Below, piece after piece: positions 1 through 12,959 of a stretch of 64,000 nucleotides of DNA. The DNA is from Mytilus californianus. Taxonomy: Eukaryota. Position numbers and translations under genes: made by a program. Within the stretch, counting starts at the first letter, position 1. Every line of letters starts with the position of its first letter. The stretch lies in the NCBI RefSeq assembly GCF_021869535.1, contig NW_026262615.1, positions 682,001 to 746,000 on the forward strand. Direction: 5' to 3'. Under the pieces are notes generated by a model that saw only the letters and a program-made list of their open reading frames with translations, made no database searches and was not told the origin of the DNA.

Positions 1-3000
1 GTCAATTCATGCTAAAGATACTATGCCGACGATAGTTTTAGTACAATCGATACGAGAAGAAACAAATATTTAGTAGACCTTTTGAATGAAAATCGTTTAT
101 ATACTGAAGAAAATGGAATTACTTTTGTAAATTGAAGTGGTAAAGGAACCTCAACTATTGACTTTTTATTTTTTGAATAAGATTTTAAAGAGATTGTGAT
201 CTGTATGGAAACAATGGACAATGTAGCTACTAATATATCTGATCATTATCTAGTAAAAGCGAAAGTGAAATATATCATCAATGCTAAAGAAAAATCAATA
301 TGTTCACATTCAAAAATTTTACCAATGTCAGGTAAAACTCTATGGAAAAAAAATAGATAAAGATGCAAATAATACTTTAGTTGAAAAAGGTTTAGATAAC
401 TTGTCATCATTTTTAGAAAATAAATATGAAGTGGATCTTGCTTTTCAAAACATGAACAGTTTACCTTTCAATTCGGCAAAACGTTGTTGTCCAGCTCCAC
501 GAAAAAGATTTAGAAAACCGAAATTAAAAGTAATGAACCAAGACATTTTTGACGCAATTGCAATGAAAAAAAAAAGCTTTTTAACAAAAAAGATTAATAA
601 TCTTGAAATAAATGAAAGATTAATGGGCGGTCTGAAGATTCCAGAAATGAACTTTATATCCAGAAAAAAGAGACAACTTATAATTTACGTAAACATTGTC
701 GCAAGGCAGTTGCTATGAATAGAATCGATGAAAAAGAAAAGATAATGGAAGCAAATATCAAAAATAAAAATTCATTTTATAGACTTTTTAAAAAAACAGA
801 GGGGAAGATTAAGTAATCATATAATGAACTATCTGTAGGTGACACAGTGTATAGTACAGAAGACAACATTCTAATTGGATGGAAACGCCATTTTTTCGTT
901 GAAAATTTAACGAAAAATTCTATTCATGAACATTTTGACAACAAGTATCAACAAAAGGTCGAACAAGAATATATTGATATAAATGACATATGTAGAGCTA
1001 TGTTTCATCACCAAAGTATTACTAAAAATGAAATAGAAGAAGCTTTGAAGTTATTAAATTTAAATAAATCGCCAGATATATTTGGAATTTCAACTGAAAA
1101 TTTATTGTATGGTGGACAATCTCTTATTTATCATCTTAAAGAACTTCTAGATAGTACTTTTAGACTTTGTTATATACCAGACGATCAGAAATTAGGGATA
1201 GTAATTCCGCTTTTTAAGAATAAGGGAAGCTGTAAAGACAGTAAAAATTATCGGGGAATAACAATTACTCCAACATTATCCAAATTCATTGAGGCTGTTT
1301 TAAAGATCAGAATTAATCCTGACATTATAAAATATTAAAACCCATTACAACGTGGTTTTACTAGAAGAACAGCACCATTAAACTGCTCTTTTATTATAGA
1401 AGAATTTCATAAAGAATGTGTTGAGTTAAATGATTAAACAATAATGCTTGATGCAAAGTCAGCATTTGATGCAGTAAAACATGCAGGGCTTATAAGAAGA
1501 TTATATCAAATGAAAATTCCAGAACAATCTATTTTGATTATTGATAATTTATATGAAAATGCTGTCTCCTGTGTAAAATGGAATAACCAAATATCAGACA
1601 CTTTTAGAATAGAGCAAGGCGTAAGACAAGGTGGGACTCTTAGTGCAGACTTGTACAAAATCTATATAAATACACTTTAGACATTTTAACTGATTCAGGA
1701 TATGGAGGGAAAATTGGATCAATTTCTTCTTGTGCTCCTACTGGCGCAGATAATTTAGCCATACTTAGCAATTGTCCGAATGAAACACAAATTTAATTAA
1801 TATGGCCTTTGATATTAGTAAACGTGAGGCATACTTACTACAACCAGCAAAAAGTTGTGTTATACAGTCTAATTCATGTCACAATGAGAAAGTAAATGCA
1901 AATTTTTGGAATTTAGGCAATTCGACTCTTCCAACTTGTAAGAAACCAACACATATAGGAATTTGTCGTACAAACGATGATTCATGTAAAGCAACAATAG
2001 ATGAGAATTTAAAGAAAGCAAGAAGGAAACTTTATAGTTTAATGGGGGTTGAACTTTATGGAGAAAATGAATTAGATCCACAAATCTCAATGTCAATTAT
2101 GAATACTTATATAATACCAATAATGTTATATGGATTGGAAATAGTAATCCCAAGAGGAAGATGTTTAGAAACTTTAAATATCCAGTTTAAAAAACTTTTG
2201 AAACAATTGTTATCTTTACCAAAAACAGTAGCTGATCCTGCTATATATACAATTTCTTGGATTTTACCTGTAGAAGCTCAAATAGATGTTAAAAATTTAA
2301 CTTTTTATGGAAATATTACTAGACAAGAGAAAATTCTATTGAATGGCAACTAGCTGAAAGGCAATTAAATGTAAAATCTATTAATAGTAATAGTTGGTTT
2401 AGTTTACTGCGAAAAATATTTTTGAATATGAACTGAATGATCTTGTACAATATTTAGTCAATCCAATTTCTAAATACCAATGGAAAAGTGAAACAACTTC
2501 CAAAGTTCAAAAATTCTGGACTGAGAAGATACTGAATCAAGCAAAACTTTATACCAGTTTAAAATATTTATCATTGATATATACACCAGGATTGATTGTT
2601 GGTTGTTTAGCGTCCAATGGCAAATATTTCATGCATACACCAGGACGTTGTCATCCTATTGCTAATACAAACTCTATGAATTCAAGGGAAATTATTAGAA
2701 TTCCTACAAAATTGAAAAAAAAACTACTGGAAGTTACATTCTACAAGCAGTTAGAGAGCTAAGTATATAAATAATTAAAAACTGTCTATATGTAAATTGT
2801 GTAATGAAACAGAAGAAACTTTACCTCATTTTTTATTAACGTGTAAAAGTCTAGAAGATATAAGAAAACCGATTTTGGAAGATTTAATTAATTCCTGTAG
2901 TGCAGAGTTGGCTATTTTGAATATGAGAGATGAACACTTTGACATTTTACAACTGATTATAGATCCATTTGCTTACTTGACAATGTTAAGAAATGAAAAA

Positions 3001-3372
3001 TCTTTTAAAGTGATACAGAAACTTATAGATCCAAAATGTAGACGATTATGTTACAATCTCCATTGTGAAAGATATAGACTGTTGCAATTAGATGATATAA
3101 AGAAAAAGAAGATAATAACTTTATATAATCCCTTAAGTGATTAATGGCCGTCTACTCTTAAACAGTGATATCTTTCGATAGATATTTTAGATTTTAAAGT
3201 ATTTAAAGTGTTGATGCAGTCTAAATTGACATTAAGCCCAATTTTATCGTCAAGAATGTAAATAATGTACAGTGATATTGGTGGAAAATATTGGTGGAAG
3301 ATATTTTTATATTCATGTTGTTAAATACATTACTCGGAAGAGGTGTGCCTACATTGGCAGAAGCTATATAAC
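1..3372 (+). mobile_element. Decayed non-LTR retrotransposon (APE endonuclease + RT + C-terminal Cys/His knuckle; RTE/RTEX-like, clade uncertain), runs off the window's left edge
   Basis: Collinear motifs broken by stops and frameshifts: APE end (STIDFLF ~151-171, ISDHYLV ~235-255); RT (KSPDIFGI, IPLFKNKG, NYRGITI, LDAKSAFDAV, GVRQGGTLS, CAPTGADN at 1731-1754); C-terminal CNETEETLPHFLLTC. Ends in a short ACAGAT-type repeat tail near 3360-3372. Confidence 0.88.
2581..2645 (-). mobile_element. 43-bp SINE-tail insertion flanked by an 11-bp direct repeat, nested in the LINE
   Basis: ATACACCAGGA at 2581-2591 and 2635-2645 flanks TTGATTGTTGGTTGTTTAGCGTCCAATGGCAAATATTTCATGC, which matches the repeat end at ~41499-41545. 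Confidence 0.7.
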
Positions 3373-4307
3373 AGATTACAGATAGACACAGAGAAACAAT
3401 TTCTCAATCTGACAAGGAAACAACTACCTGCTTTAGAAGGAGAAGTTTACAATAGTTTAATTCAATTTGTGGAAAGTTGTGACGAGTATAGTAATGTCGG
3501 ATATGGGTTTTACCTTTAATGAATGTGATTGCATATATTCTTGAAGTGACATCGATAGTAGATTACAGCTCGCCTTATACTTTTATAATCCCACTTAACT
3601 GAACAATTTCTAGATTATTGCCGAACAATTGTATACCACTAAAATATGCATTGTGGCATCGTTGTGCTCACAGCTTCAGCCATATATTTTTGAATACAGA
3701 ATATTTGAAAACAAACAAAAACAAATTGATGTATAGAAGGCAAATACTAAGAATATATTTTATTTTCAAACAACAATATTGCACACGCTGTTAAATTGAC
3801 ACAACTATCTCAATCAAAATCCCAAATGTATTAGTACCAGAGGCTATGGGAATTGTCAGGAGGATTAACTGCGTTTGTTAATGGTTTACAAAACTTTTGA
3901 TATAACATCCATTAATAAAAACTGTAATTTATTTAATGTATTTATATCATCTGGCATTATAAAGCAAAAGATTATCGTAATGTTATAGCTCAGTATATCA
4001 GGACGGTTGCTTATGGATATTTTCATGTGTTTGTGGTTAACAGTTGTTCTAATCAATTTAGAATAAATGCTCACATATGTCTTACCTTAATGTATATTAT
4101 GACAAATTATTAAAAAGATTTAGACGTTAAGTGCAAGAACGATTTTTTGTTTTTAATTTTTTTTTTTTTTTGTGTATCTTTCTTTTTTACTACATTTATA
4201 ATATCTGCCTCTTTTTACGAGACATAATACAAAATTGTTCTGACATGATTAATTACGTTCATTTGACACGCTTTATATATAACCCGGGTTTGCAACTGTT
4301 TTGTTTC

Positions 4308-4345
4308 GAGCGCCACTGATACGTCTTAAATTGATGAAACGAAAA
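4308..4345 (+). repeat. Degenerate hammerhead-ribozyme repeat relic (variant A)
   Basis: GAGCGCCA-CTGATAC-GTC-TTAAATT-GAT-GAAAC; homologous to the 51603 motif, but the core and stem III are mutated. Confidence 0.55.
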
Positions 4346-5007
4346 TATTGGGTTCCAAATTATAAGGTTTTTTTTGTGAGTTTTAATAACAGTCAAACGC
4401 GCATGTTGAAAATGAAGAGCATTGATTTCTTAAGAATAGATATGACTTAAGAAGTACAGATCAACCCTTTTGAAAACTTTTTCTGGCTGCACTCAGACTA
4501 CTAAAAAGAATAATGAACAGTGATATAATAAAACATTTCAATATATGTTTGGTAATGTGTGACTATAATTAAATGTTAACAAATTATTTGAGTGAAACAA
4601 CATATCTTATACCTGTTATCTTTACTTTATTGATTGTCAGCGTTATATACAAATTGCTTTCCTGTATGATTGAAACGTTCTATCAATTTTACTTCAATAT
4701 ATACAACAGCTCTATAAGAGTTTCAGTTAATATCAGCAGTTTTACATGTAAGACATAAGACATGTTTCAAAGTATTAAATCATGAGATGCCAAAAAAAAA
4801 GTAGTCTGATCTGTGTCCTATTGTGACATTTTGGATGCGTGTGGAGTCGCATGACGAATGGTATTTACCCTTTCGAATGCCTTCGTTCTCGCTTCTTTTG
4901 GAATTCAAGAACTTGTACTTAAAAAAGTGTGTTGCCCTGGTTTGCCATTATTTAATATTTCTTCTTGCTGGGAAAACATGTTACAATGGTGAAATTACTC
5001 GAAAAAT

Positions 5008-5083
5008 ATACCAGGCTTATAATTTGGTAATCCAGACGCGCGACTGGTCTACATAAGATTAATCAGTGGCACTCGAATCAAAA
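5008..5083 (-). repeat. Degenerate hammerhead repeat relic (variant A)
   Basis: CCAGGCTTATAAT...CCAGACGCGCG..GTCTACATAAGA..ATCAGTG matches 51586-51655; on the minus strand CTGATGA reads CTGATTA and GAAA is lost. Confidence 0.65.
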
Positions 5084-5895
5084 GATCTGCTAAGTCATTT
5101 CATCATTTAAAGTTGAAAAACATTAATAAATGAATATTCCCAAAACAAATAATAACGGTTAACCATTTAAGCATGCAAAACAAAGTATAAAATAAGCTCA
5201 CCAAAGTTGTATTATACAGTGAGTCATTGTATACGCCTGACGTGCATGTCGTCCACATAGAACTCATCCCTGGCACCCGAATCAAAACATTCAGAAAGAA
5301 GATGAAAATACGAAGTACAAGAGCATTAAAAACTGAATGTAGCAGAAACACAAAGATAATATTTGAATGTAACATTAAGTTATTCGCAGCAACAGTCTCA
5401 CTCTGTAAGATTTGTTAACTTTCCAGTAAAGTTTTCAGCTTATTTGAATATTTTTTCTTACAGGAAAACGTCACTGTTTTTGCAATTACTATAAAGATAA
5501 TGCATCCAAACATATTACATCGACATTTAACAACAAGTCAATGACTTCCGCATAAATGCATTTCTGTATAAATGTAGTGCAGGCCAAGGGGCTAATTGTT
5601 CAATTTTGCAAATAATATTATATATATATCAAGGGTTTATGAGATTCCCTTTGATGGACATGGTCATCGAACTCATTGCTGACGTTGAATACGCTAAAGT
5701 ACTTAGCATTATTGACATGAATATAGTTGACAAAATAATAATGGTAACAAAATTGCTGTTTTATTTTTAGATAAGTAGGTGCTGCGTGTAAGATTATTCG
5801 ACTTGTATAGTAAAATACATTACATTAGTGTTTGACGATGAAAGGAGTCGGACATATAAATTGAAATTGAACAAACTTTGGTAAACTGAATTAAT

Positions 5896-6015
5896 CAAAG
5901 ATACCCGGCTTATAATTTCGATCGCAAAACGCGCGTTTCGTCTATAAATGACTCATCAGTGACATTCAAAAAAAAAAAGTTAAAAAGCCAAATAAAATAC
6001 GAAGTTGAAGATGAG
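5896..6015 (-). ncRNA. Hammerhead-containing repeat (variant A); core intact, stem I damaged
   Basis: Minus strand 5967-5921 reads GAATGTCA-CTGATGA-GTC-ATTTATA-GAC-GAAA-CGCGCG-TT-TTGCGAT. Flanks match the retrozyme body. Confidence 0.7.
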
Positions 6016-6350
6016 GAAAATGATAGTAAATATTCATATTACAATACTTTTTTTTTTAAATCACTGGTTTCTTGTATATAGCACTTTATTATTTCGAAGA
6101 AACATACGTTTACCGATGTATTTTCTAATCTTATAAATAATTTCAAAACATACAAAACATACTCACATGAACTCCAAAAGTAGCTAGACCAATGATAAGA
6201 CATAAGACAATGTCATTTGTTCAGTATTCATCATGATTAATGTATAAATGCTGCAAAACTAAATAGGACAACATGCTAGTAAATAAAATAAATACTTTAT
6301 ATATTTCCTATCTCCGAAGTGCTTTCAAAGATGTGACGCTTAGAAGTTTG

Positions 6351-6395
6351 ACACCAGGGTCGCCTATCGTCTGCATATGACTCATCAGTGTGGAA
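6351..6395 (-). repeat. Degenerate hammerhead repeat relic (variant A)
   Basis: Minus strand CA-CTGATGA-GTC-ATATGCA-GAC-GATA; GAAA is mutated and stem III is lost. Confidence 0.55.
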
Positions 6396-6462
6396 GTCAG
6401 ATAGCTTGCAAAGTTGTTGAATAGTTCTTTAATATAGAGATCTAAACCCAAATATAGAATGA

Positions 6463-6719
6463 GGGGCCTCGGTGGCCGAGTGGTCTAAGTAGTTGAACTA
6501 CTGTATCACTAGCCAATTAACACTGAGGATGTGAGTTTGAATCCCGCACGGGGCAGGTGCACTCGACTCCAATCTTAATTGACTAGTATTGTCAGTTTTC
6601 CTACCGAAGGTCGGTTGTTCTCTCCGGGCACTGCGGCTTCCTCCACCAATAGAAACTGTCTGCCACGAAATAACACAATAGTGTTGAAAGTGGCGTTAAA
6701 CACAAATCAATCAACCAAT
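6463..6719 (+). mobile_element. tRNA-derived SINE (V/Meta-like central domain)
   Basis: Pol III box A TGGCCGAGTGG (6473-6483) and box B-like GTTTGAATCCC (~6534-6544); central TTCTCTCCGGGCACTGCGGCTTCCTCCACC; 3' tail GTTAAACACAAATCAATCAACCAAT. The domain-family assignment is from memory of SINE consensus motifs and is less certain than the SINE call. Confidence 0.8.
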
Positions 6720-7734
6720 ATAAAATGCAAAGCTAATAGAAAGTTTAAAAAAACTATTAAAAGTGACCAAAAACACTCAAGTTCATCTCTATCCTTATAA
6801 CATCAAGGCCAATGTTTAATTTCGGTATACAACATAACTCGATAAATTGATTTACATCCTGGTTAATAATTACTTTTGTTTTATTAAACAGCTTGTTATT
6901 TATTTTGTATGAAGGTTAAAAAAGGGTCATTTAAAAGAAGACAATGTACCTCTGCTTATCTTGTTTGGTACTGTCATCTTGTAAACAAGTCCGTTTAAAT
7001 TCCTGCTCAATTCTCGTAAAAGTACAGGACAGGGTTCATCATTATATCATATCAATATGTTTGTCCTGATAAATATGTAAAGTGTGCATCTTGAAATTAA
7101 AAAAAGGAATTAAATCAGCCTCCAATGTTATAACTGGTGGCACATGTCAGATTAATAAAAAAAATCACCCGTGATAATTTAGGTTAATCTAAGAGAAAAT
7201 AAGGGATTTATAACATAGTAATATGTAACTCATTTGGGTAATTAAATCACAGAAAATTGAGTTTTAAACTTCAGATGCAAATATATAATTGTATTCAAGC
7301 ATGTTTCTCCTTCGTCCTTTGTTTGCTATACCTTTAGTCTTTTCAATTGTTTTGGCTCTTTGACGTTTATATAGTGGTTTTGATTTTCAAATTGTTTATC
7401 TCCAGAAAAATTATTTGTCTGAATGATAATTCCGTACAGGGAAAATTGATGCCGTTTATGTTATTCTTAACTAAAAGAGAAGCAGATATACATTTAAACA
7501 CTAGGTTTGAGGAGTTCTTGAGATCACCACCAATTGTTAATTTGGTTCATGTTGCACAATGTTTAATTTTCTATGTAGTGTTTTGTGAACTTCGAGGTCT
7601 TTTCGTGGTCTGTCGTTTTTCCCCCATGAGATTGTCAGTTTTTGTTCCCTAATGAGGCATGAAAGTGCCCTTGGTATCATCGCATCTTTCTTGTTAGACT
7701 GATCGCTAATTATTACGGTATATAGAAAAAAGCA

Positions 7735-7935
7735 GGGGCCCCAAAATGACTAGTATAAAACAATTCAAACAGGAAAACCAACGACAAACACTTATGAATC
7801 AAATCAAAAAACGACAACCAATGAAACAGGTTCCTGACTTAGGACAGGTGCAAACAAATGCAGCGGGTTTAAATGTTTTAACAGGCGCCAACCTTCACCC
7901 TAAACTGTCATATCAGTGTAACGTTACAACATAGA
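7735..7935. repeat. Interspersed repeat family Y (partial, inverted relative to 35170 copy)
   Basis: Contains CCTGACTTAGGACAGG, GCGGGTTTAAATGTTT and CAGTGTAACGTTACAACATA, the reverse complements of blocks at 36540-36580 and 35420-35500. Confidence 0.7.
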
Positions 7936-7984
7936 TAAGCACATTTACCTCAACGTAGAAGATCAACGTGTTTCTTCAACGATT

Positions 7985-8200
7985 TGCCTTCTACAGCACT
8001 TGAGATCACCGCCTGATTTTGGTAGGGTTCGTGTTGCTCAGTTTTCAGTTTTCTATGTTATGTTATGCATACTGTTGTTTGTATTTTGATCGTTTTGTTT
8101 TTTGTTTCTTTTTTTTGTTGTTTTTTTTTTACCATGGTGTTGTCCGTTTATTTTCGACTTGTGAGTTTGAATGTCCCTTTGGTATCTTTCGCCTCTCCTT
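7985..8200 (+). repeat. Penelope-like (Naiad) 3'-end-derived repeat
   Basis: GAGATCACC...GGGTTCGTGTTGCTCAG...TTTTCGACTTGTGAGTTTGAATGTCCCTTTGGTATCTTTCGCCTCT is the reverse complement of 9512-9670, which directly continues the PLE RT ORF. A more degenerate copy lies at ~7500-7690. Confidence 0.8.
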
Positions 8201-8679
8201 TTGTAATTATCATGTATCAACTTAATACTGTTCTAAACATAAAGAGATTTTCTCAGTCAAGTCAAATTACGAATATATATAATTACTAAGAGTGAAATGT
8301 TTTTTTTTTTTTAATTATTATTAGTCGAAGAGTGGTCGTAGATATTGCAGTACATTTTTTTGGGGGAAATTGACATTGCTGATAGACAACAACTTATCTG
8401 TATTATTTTGAAATCCCTTATGACAGTAATTAAATAATTACTTGAATTTTGTCAAAAATGTATAATGCAACGTATATGTATATATGTATTCGTCGGATAA
8501 CCGCGTGTAAGGGTTCTGGGCACCAAACACTATTTTACATGTCAAATTTTACTGAAACAACAACGTCAATTCATGTGGCAACTGTAACGCTACATTTGAA
8601 ATGCATACATATTGATTTATATTCTTAGAATATAAAATACATCGTCTCCGTTTTTTAAAGGGATTAGAAGACACACATT

Positions 8680-8920
8680 TATTGCGCTAAGCGAAGAGCC
8701 ACACTGTTTTGTAACAAATACACTGAAGATGATATCATTAAAATGCTGGATTGATATTTCAACCAAAAAGTTATTAGCAGGAGTTTGCTCTTTACACAAC
8801 AATTGCACCGATAGAGTTATCAGGACGAACGACTGCAATCAAAACTTAATAAAGTTTACGGTAACCATTACGAATTGGTTGACCGATACGATATTTCTTT
8901 GTCTCAACTCATGAAAGTTT
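8680..8920 (+). mobile_element. Internally deleted Penelope-like RT fragment
   Basis: KYTEDDIIKMLD matches FSETDIIKMLD of the 10245 ORF; the downstream KFYGNHYELVDRY-like DNA matches the 9636 ORF (KFHGRHHELVDRY). Confidence 0.6.
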
Positions 8921-9511
8921 TAGATCCTTAGAATCCAAAATTGCAATTCAATCTTTTATTTCACTGATTGTTTCCTATTATCGATTCCGACATTTTTATT
9001 GAGTGTTAGTGCACAACCAAAAATTCTTAATCTGTGAACGCACCTACTCTCGCTCTTTAATGGGTTCAATTCCCTCAGTGTTTTTTGTTTCTAACTTTGA
9101 CTTTTTTTTTTATTGAGATTTGAACATCAGCACAATACTGCTGCCTATACATCAGCTTATTTTTGGAAAACACCAGAGGAACCGCCAACCTCCGTCAGAT
9201 TACGTGAACTTGTTATATACATCAAGTATAAGAGATAACCCTAAATGAGTAATAGTATTGATTATACGATCTCTATCAATTTTAAAAGAGCAAACATTTT
9301 AGATCCAAAGCACAAATGTTAGCCTCTAAAAATATAAAATGTTAGCCTTACAAAAAATAAGCAAACTTTTTGCAGGATAAAAAAAAACTATCGCAAAAAA
9401 GATTAAATTTTAACATACAGATACAAGCATTGTAGCATTGATAACCATGTGTTGGTTCTTATCATTCAGAGCACGTATTGCAATTTTAATGAATTGTTTA
9501 TATGTGTGATC

Positions 9512-12500
9512 AAAAAGAGGCGAAAGATACCAAAGGGACATTCAAACTTACAAGTCGAAAATAATTGACAACGCCATGGCTAAAAAGAAAAAAAAAGACA
9601 ACAGACAAACAATAGTACAGAAAACATAAAGAAAACTAAAGACTGAGCAACAAGAACCCCACCAAAAATCTGGACGGGATGGTAGTTACGCTATTTGGAA
9701 CATATCCGCACGCTATCATCTGTGAAATGGATATTTTATAACGGTCAACCAACTCGTGATGGCGTCCGTGAAATTTGCGAATAGATAATTTCAATTTTAC
9801 CACTTGAAACTCTTGGTTTAAGAGCTTCTTTGTGAGCAGCAACCCTCTATCAAGGAAATCTCGAAAGGTAATACAAGCCCTAGAATACCGTTTCAACTAA
9901 AAGATATATACTCCGTATGCAGACGCTGCCTGAATGTTGCTACATAGCAATGGAAAATTCAAAATTGGTCAGCTGAAATCATCTCTTTTGTCATAAAGTT
10001 TTGTTTTAAACCGACCCTCATTGTCAATTTCTAGATGTAAGTCAATATATGAGGCAGACTTAACTGTATTTGTTATATTCTGTATCTCAAGTTCGATGGA
10101 ATAGATGCGTTCAACATAGTCACCAAATGTTGAATTATTTAGTGGGAGAACATCATCTATATAGCGGAAGGTAAAGTGAAATGATACTGCTAACTTCTTT
10201 TCTTTCTTCCTTAGAAGTGTCTGTATGACGTCAACCTCATCTGACTAAAGGAAGAAGTCGACAAGAAGGGGGACACAGTTGGTTCCCATAAAAATGCCAA
10301 TTGCTTGTTGAAAAACACGTCCTCCAAACGTAACAAATATGTTGTCAATCAAGAAATCAAGCATCTTGATAATGTCAGTTTCAGAGAATTTTTTGTTTGA
10401 ATCAGAGTGATTTTTTACAAAGTGAGATGTATCCCTCCCTAAGACAAGATACTTGTATCTACGTCGGTCATTCTTTTTTATGAACCAAAGCAGGACCAAC
10501 TCTTACAATGTTTTTTTCTTAATTTGGAATGGGGAATACTTGTGTAAAGTGTAGAATAGTCAAATGTTTTAATACTTTTGCAAGATGAAAGAATCTTAGA
10601 TTGTATGTACTCTAACAGATCTATAATTTTTTCTGGTATCCACATCTGATTCATGTCGCCTGTATAATAGGTAGTATAACAATAACTTTAAATCCCGGCT
10701 TTGATTGCTGATCTAATTGTGTTACGGTAGATGGGGGGTCTTAATTAAAATCCATAGAATTTTTTTATAATTTATCAAAATGTAGTTTATGTCATACTTT
10801 TTTCAAAAATATGATAAAAAGTATGGGTCACCGTGCTTTTTTTTTACGATACAGGTTGTGCAAAACTGTCAGATTTTGTATAGATTATGCATGGAAAACC
10901 CAATTGTGTGTGATAAAAAGAAAACTACGCCATAGAATTTTAAGATAAAATATGAGAAGATAGCTCTAATAATATGATTTCAGATAAGAAAAAGAAAAAA
11001 TGGGGTCACCGGACTCGTTTTCTTGCTACATAATAAAGTAGGTAAATTCACAACACATTCTATTATAAAAGTTACTTTATCTGAGTTATGTCCCCTTATA
11101 TCTGAGTTATCTACCCTTATGTGGCAAAGTTTGAAAAAAGTGAATCAAACAAAAATATTCTGTTTTTTGTAAAGTACAGCCGTAAATATGATAAAGCACA
11201 TAATTTTCTATATCAACATGACAAGTCTTACACATGAATTACATACTACTCTCGAAATTTGCACATTTCATTAAAGATCTAGACCGATTGCTATATGCTA
11301 TTTCAAAATCCAAGATGGAGGAAGACATCCTAGCTACCTTAATGATTTAAAAAAAAGGTTTCGTGAAGCACATGGAAGACCCAGCAATATACCGTTGTTT
11401 TAAGGACACTTATTACACAATTTAGGTATCAAATACAGGAATGGAAGATCCAGTTCTTCAACTTTAGATGAAATTCCAAAAAAACAAAGAACAGAACTAT
11501 GATAACCCATAATTTCCTCTTTAGTAAGTGCCATGGGGGTATATGTTGAGTTTTCAAGTAAATTGTCAATACCTAATTCATTTATCAAACAGTTTATGTA
11601 ATGTGAGTTACACACAAACACGTTATTGTTTGGGGCTTTATCAGCAGAGATAACAACATATTTGTCATGGAGGTACGACAAGTGTTTTGCAACAATTGGG
11701 TCTTTGAAAGTTGATGTAGCATGGGTATTCATAGACCAATTTAATTTCTCAATTCTGATTTGTATCAACGACCTTACAGCCTTAAAATATTCGGACAGAG
11801 TATCTACGTCTTCTTTCTCGCGGTTAACCCATTGCTTGGCATAATCCGCGACTGAATCAAACAGTATTTTGAAGTTGTGTTTCCAATTAATGGATTTAGG
11901 CTCACGATATTTCGGGCCTTTGGATAACAGATTTCACAGAGAAGTGTTATTGACAATGTTTAGGTCACAAGTAATAACGCGGCCAGCCGGATTATATATA
12001 AATGGGGAACTAGCACAAGTACAATCAGGGGTTTTAAACTTGAAGTCGTCAATTTTGTGATCCTGCAAAACGTGTTTGTAATTGAACATTTTATCTGAAA
12101 TTGGTGTTGTATAGGTAAAAGGAATGATAGGTACAAACTAATCTTTAAAATGGGGAGGTATTTGCGAGTGAATGGATTTATGATGAAGGATATTGTCCAA
12201 GTTGATGGCATCGAGACCTTTGTTGGAAAAGGAAACCTTTAGAAAGTAGTTTTTCCGTTTTCATCCTTTCCTATGCAAAATGGTTTGAAGAGTCTGTGAC
12301 ATGCAATATCCGAAGTGATAGCTGTAAGTTCGCTTGAAATAGGGTTTTTAGCAGTGGTTTCCAAACATAAGTTGTACAGAGAATGAAGTTTTGAAAAGGG
12401 TAATACATAAAGCTTCGTGCGAATGTGGTGAATACCTAATGGCTTTTGTAAAAGTTGCAGCAGGTCATTAACAGAGACATAATGGAAAGTAGGTGATGTA

Positions 12501-12910
12501 TAATGACGATGACCATGACTGCGTCTACGTCGAGGAGTAGAGTTCACATTCACCGAGCTACCTGAAGGACTAGATATAATACCTATACCATCAATTTTGT
12601 CATTGCAACTATTTGGTGTCGCAGTTCCCAATTGTCGAATCCAGAAGAGGTGTTGCAAGATAAGGATTGTTAGTCCTGTGGTATTTTTTTTCGATGATGC
12701 AAACTTGCATAGAAAGGATTGAATGGTCAGGCTGGTTAAAATTCTTGTAAACAATGTCGCTATCACTGTTGTTGATTTCTGATTTATGGCCGGACATTTG
12801 TTTATTTAGCCTTCCTTCCGTTTCATTGCCGTATACCAATCCGCAAAGGTTACGCTATAATCCATAGACGACATTTGTTGATTTACAACTCAGATCATCG
12901 TAGCTTCTGA
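9512..12910 (-). mobile_element. Decayed Penelope-like retroelement with N-terminal GIY-YIG endonuclease (Naiad-type)
   Basis: Minus-strand order: GIY-YIG (SCKSTNVVYGL*RNLCGLVYGNET...MSGHKSEI, ~12900-12770); CxC linker PDCTC (CTC at 12015-12023); KGPKYREP; KQRYIAGS; RT motifs TFDYSTLYTSIP (~10530-10570), GIFMGTNCVPLL, FRYIDD (YIDD 10152-10163); thumb LYDKRDDF/YSRAC; 3' untranslated repeat to ~9512. Multiple stops and frameshifts. Confidence 0.9.
10726..11338. mobile_element. MITE with TTAA target site (Kolobok-like), inserted in the PLE RT
   Basis: Imperfect TIRs GGTAGATGGGGGGTCTT / AAGACATCCTAGCTACC, flanked by TTAC (10722-25) and TTAA (11339-42). The PLE reading frame is present on both sides. 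Confidence 0.7.
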
Positions 12911-12959
12911 TAAAATAAGACCTGATAAACATCATCGACCACGTATGCCATATACGTCG

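Noticed and set aside
3320-3519. About 64-codon open frame just after the first LINE (…KQFLNLTRKQLPALEGEVYNSL…)
   Set aside because: No start codon, it partly overlaps the LINE tail, and it has no recognisable motif. A protein search would be needed to revive it.
6463-6550. tRNA gene
   Set aside because: It has A and B boxes but no complete cloverleaf, and it runs into a SINE body and tail.
11930-11945. In-frame TGA in the Naiad-type ORF (NTSL*NLLSKGPKY) as possible selenocysteine recoding
   Set aside because: The element has many other stops and frameshifts, the position looks like CGA->TGA decay of an Arg codon rather than a Cys site, and I found no SECIS-like hairpin.
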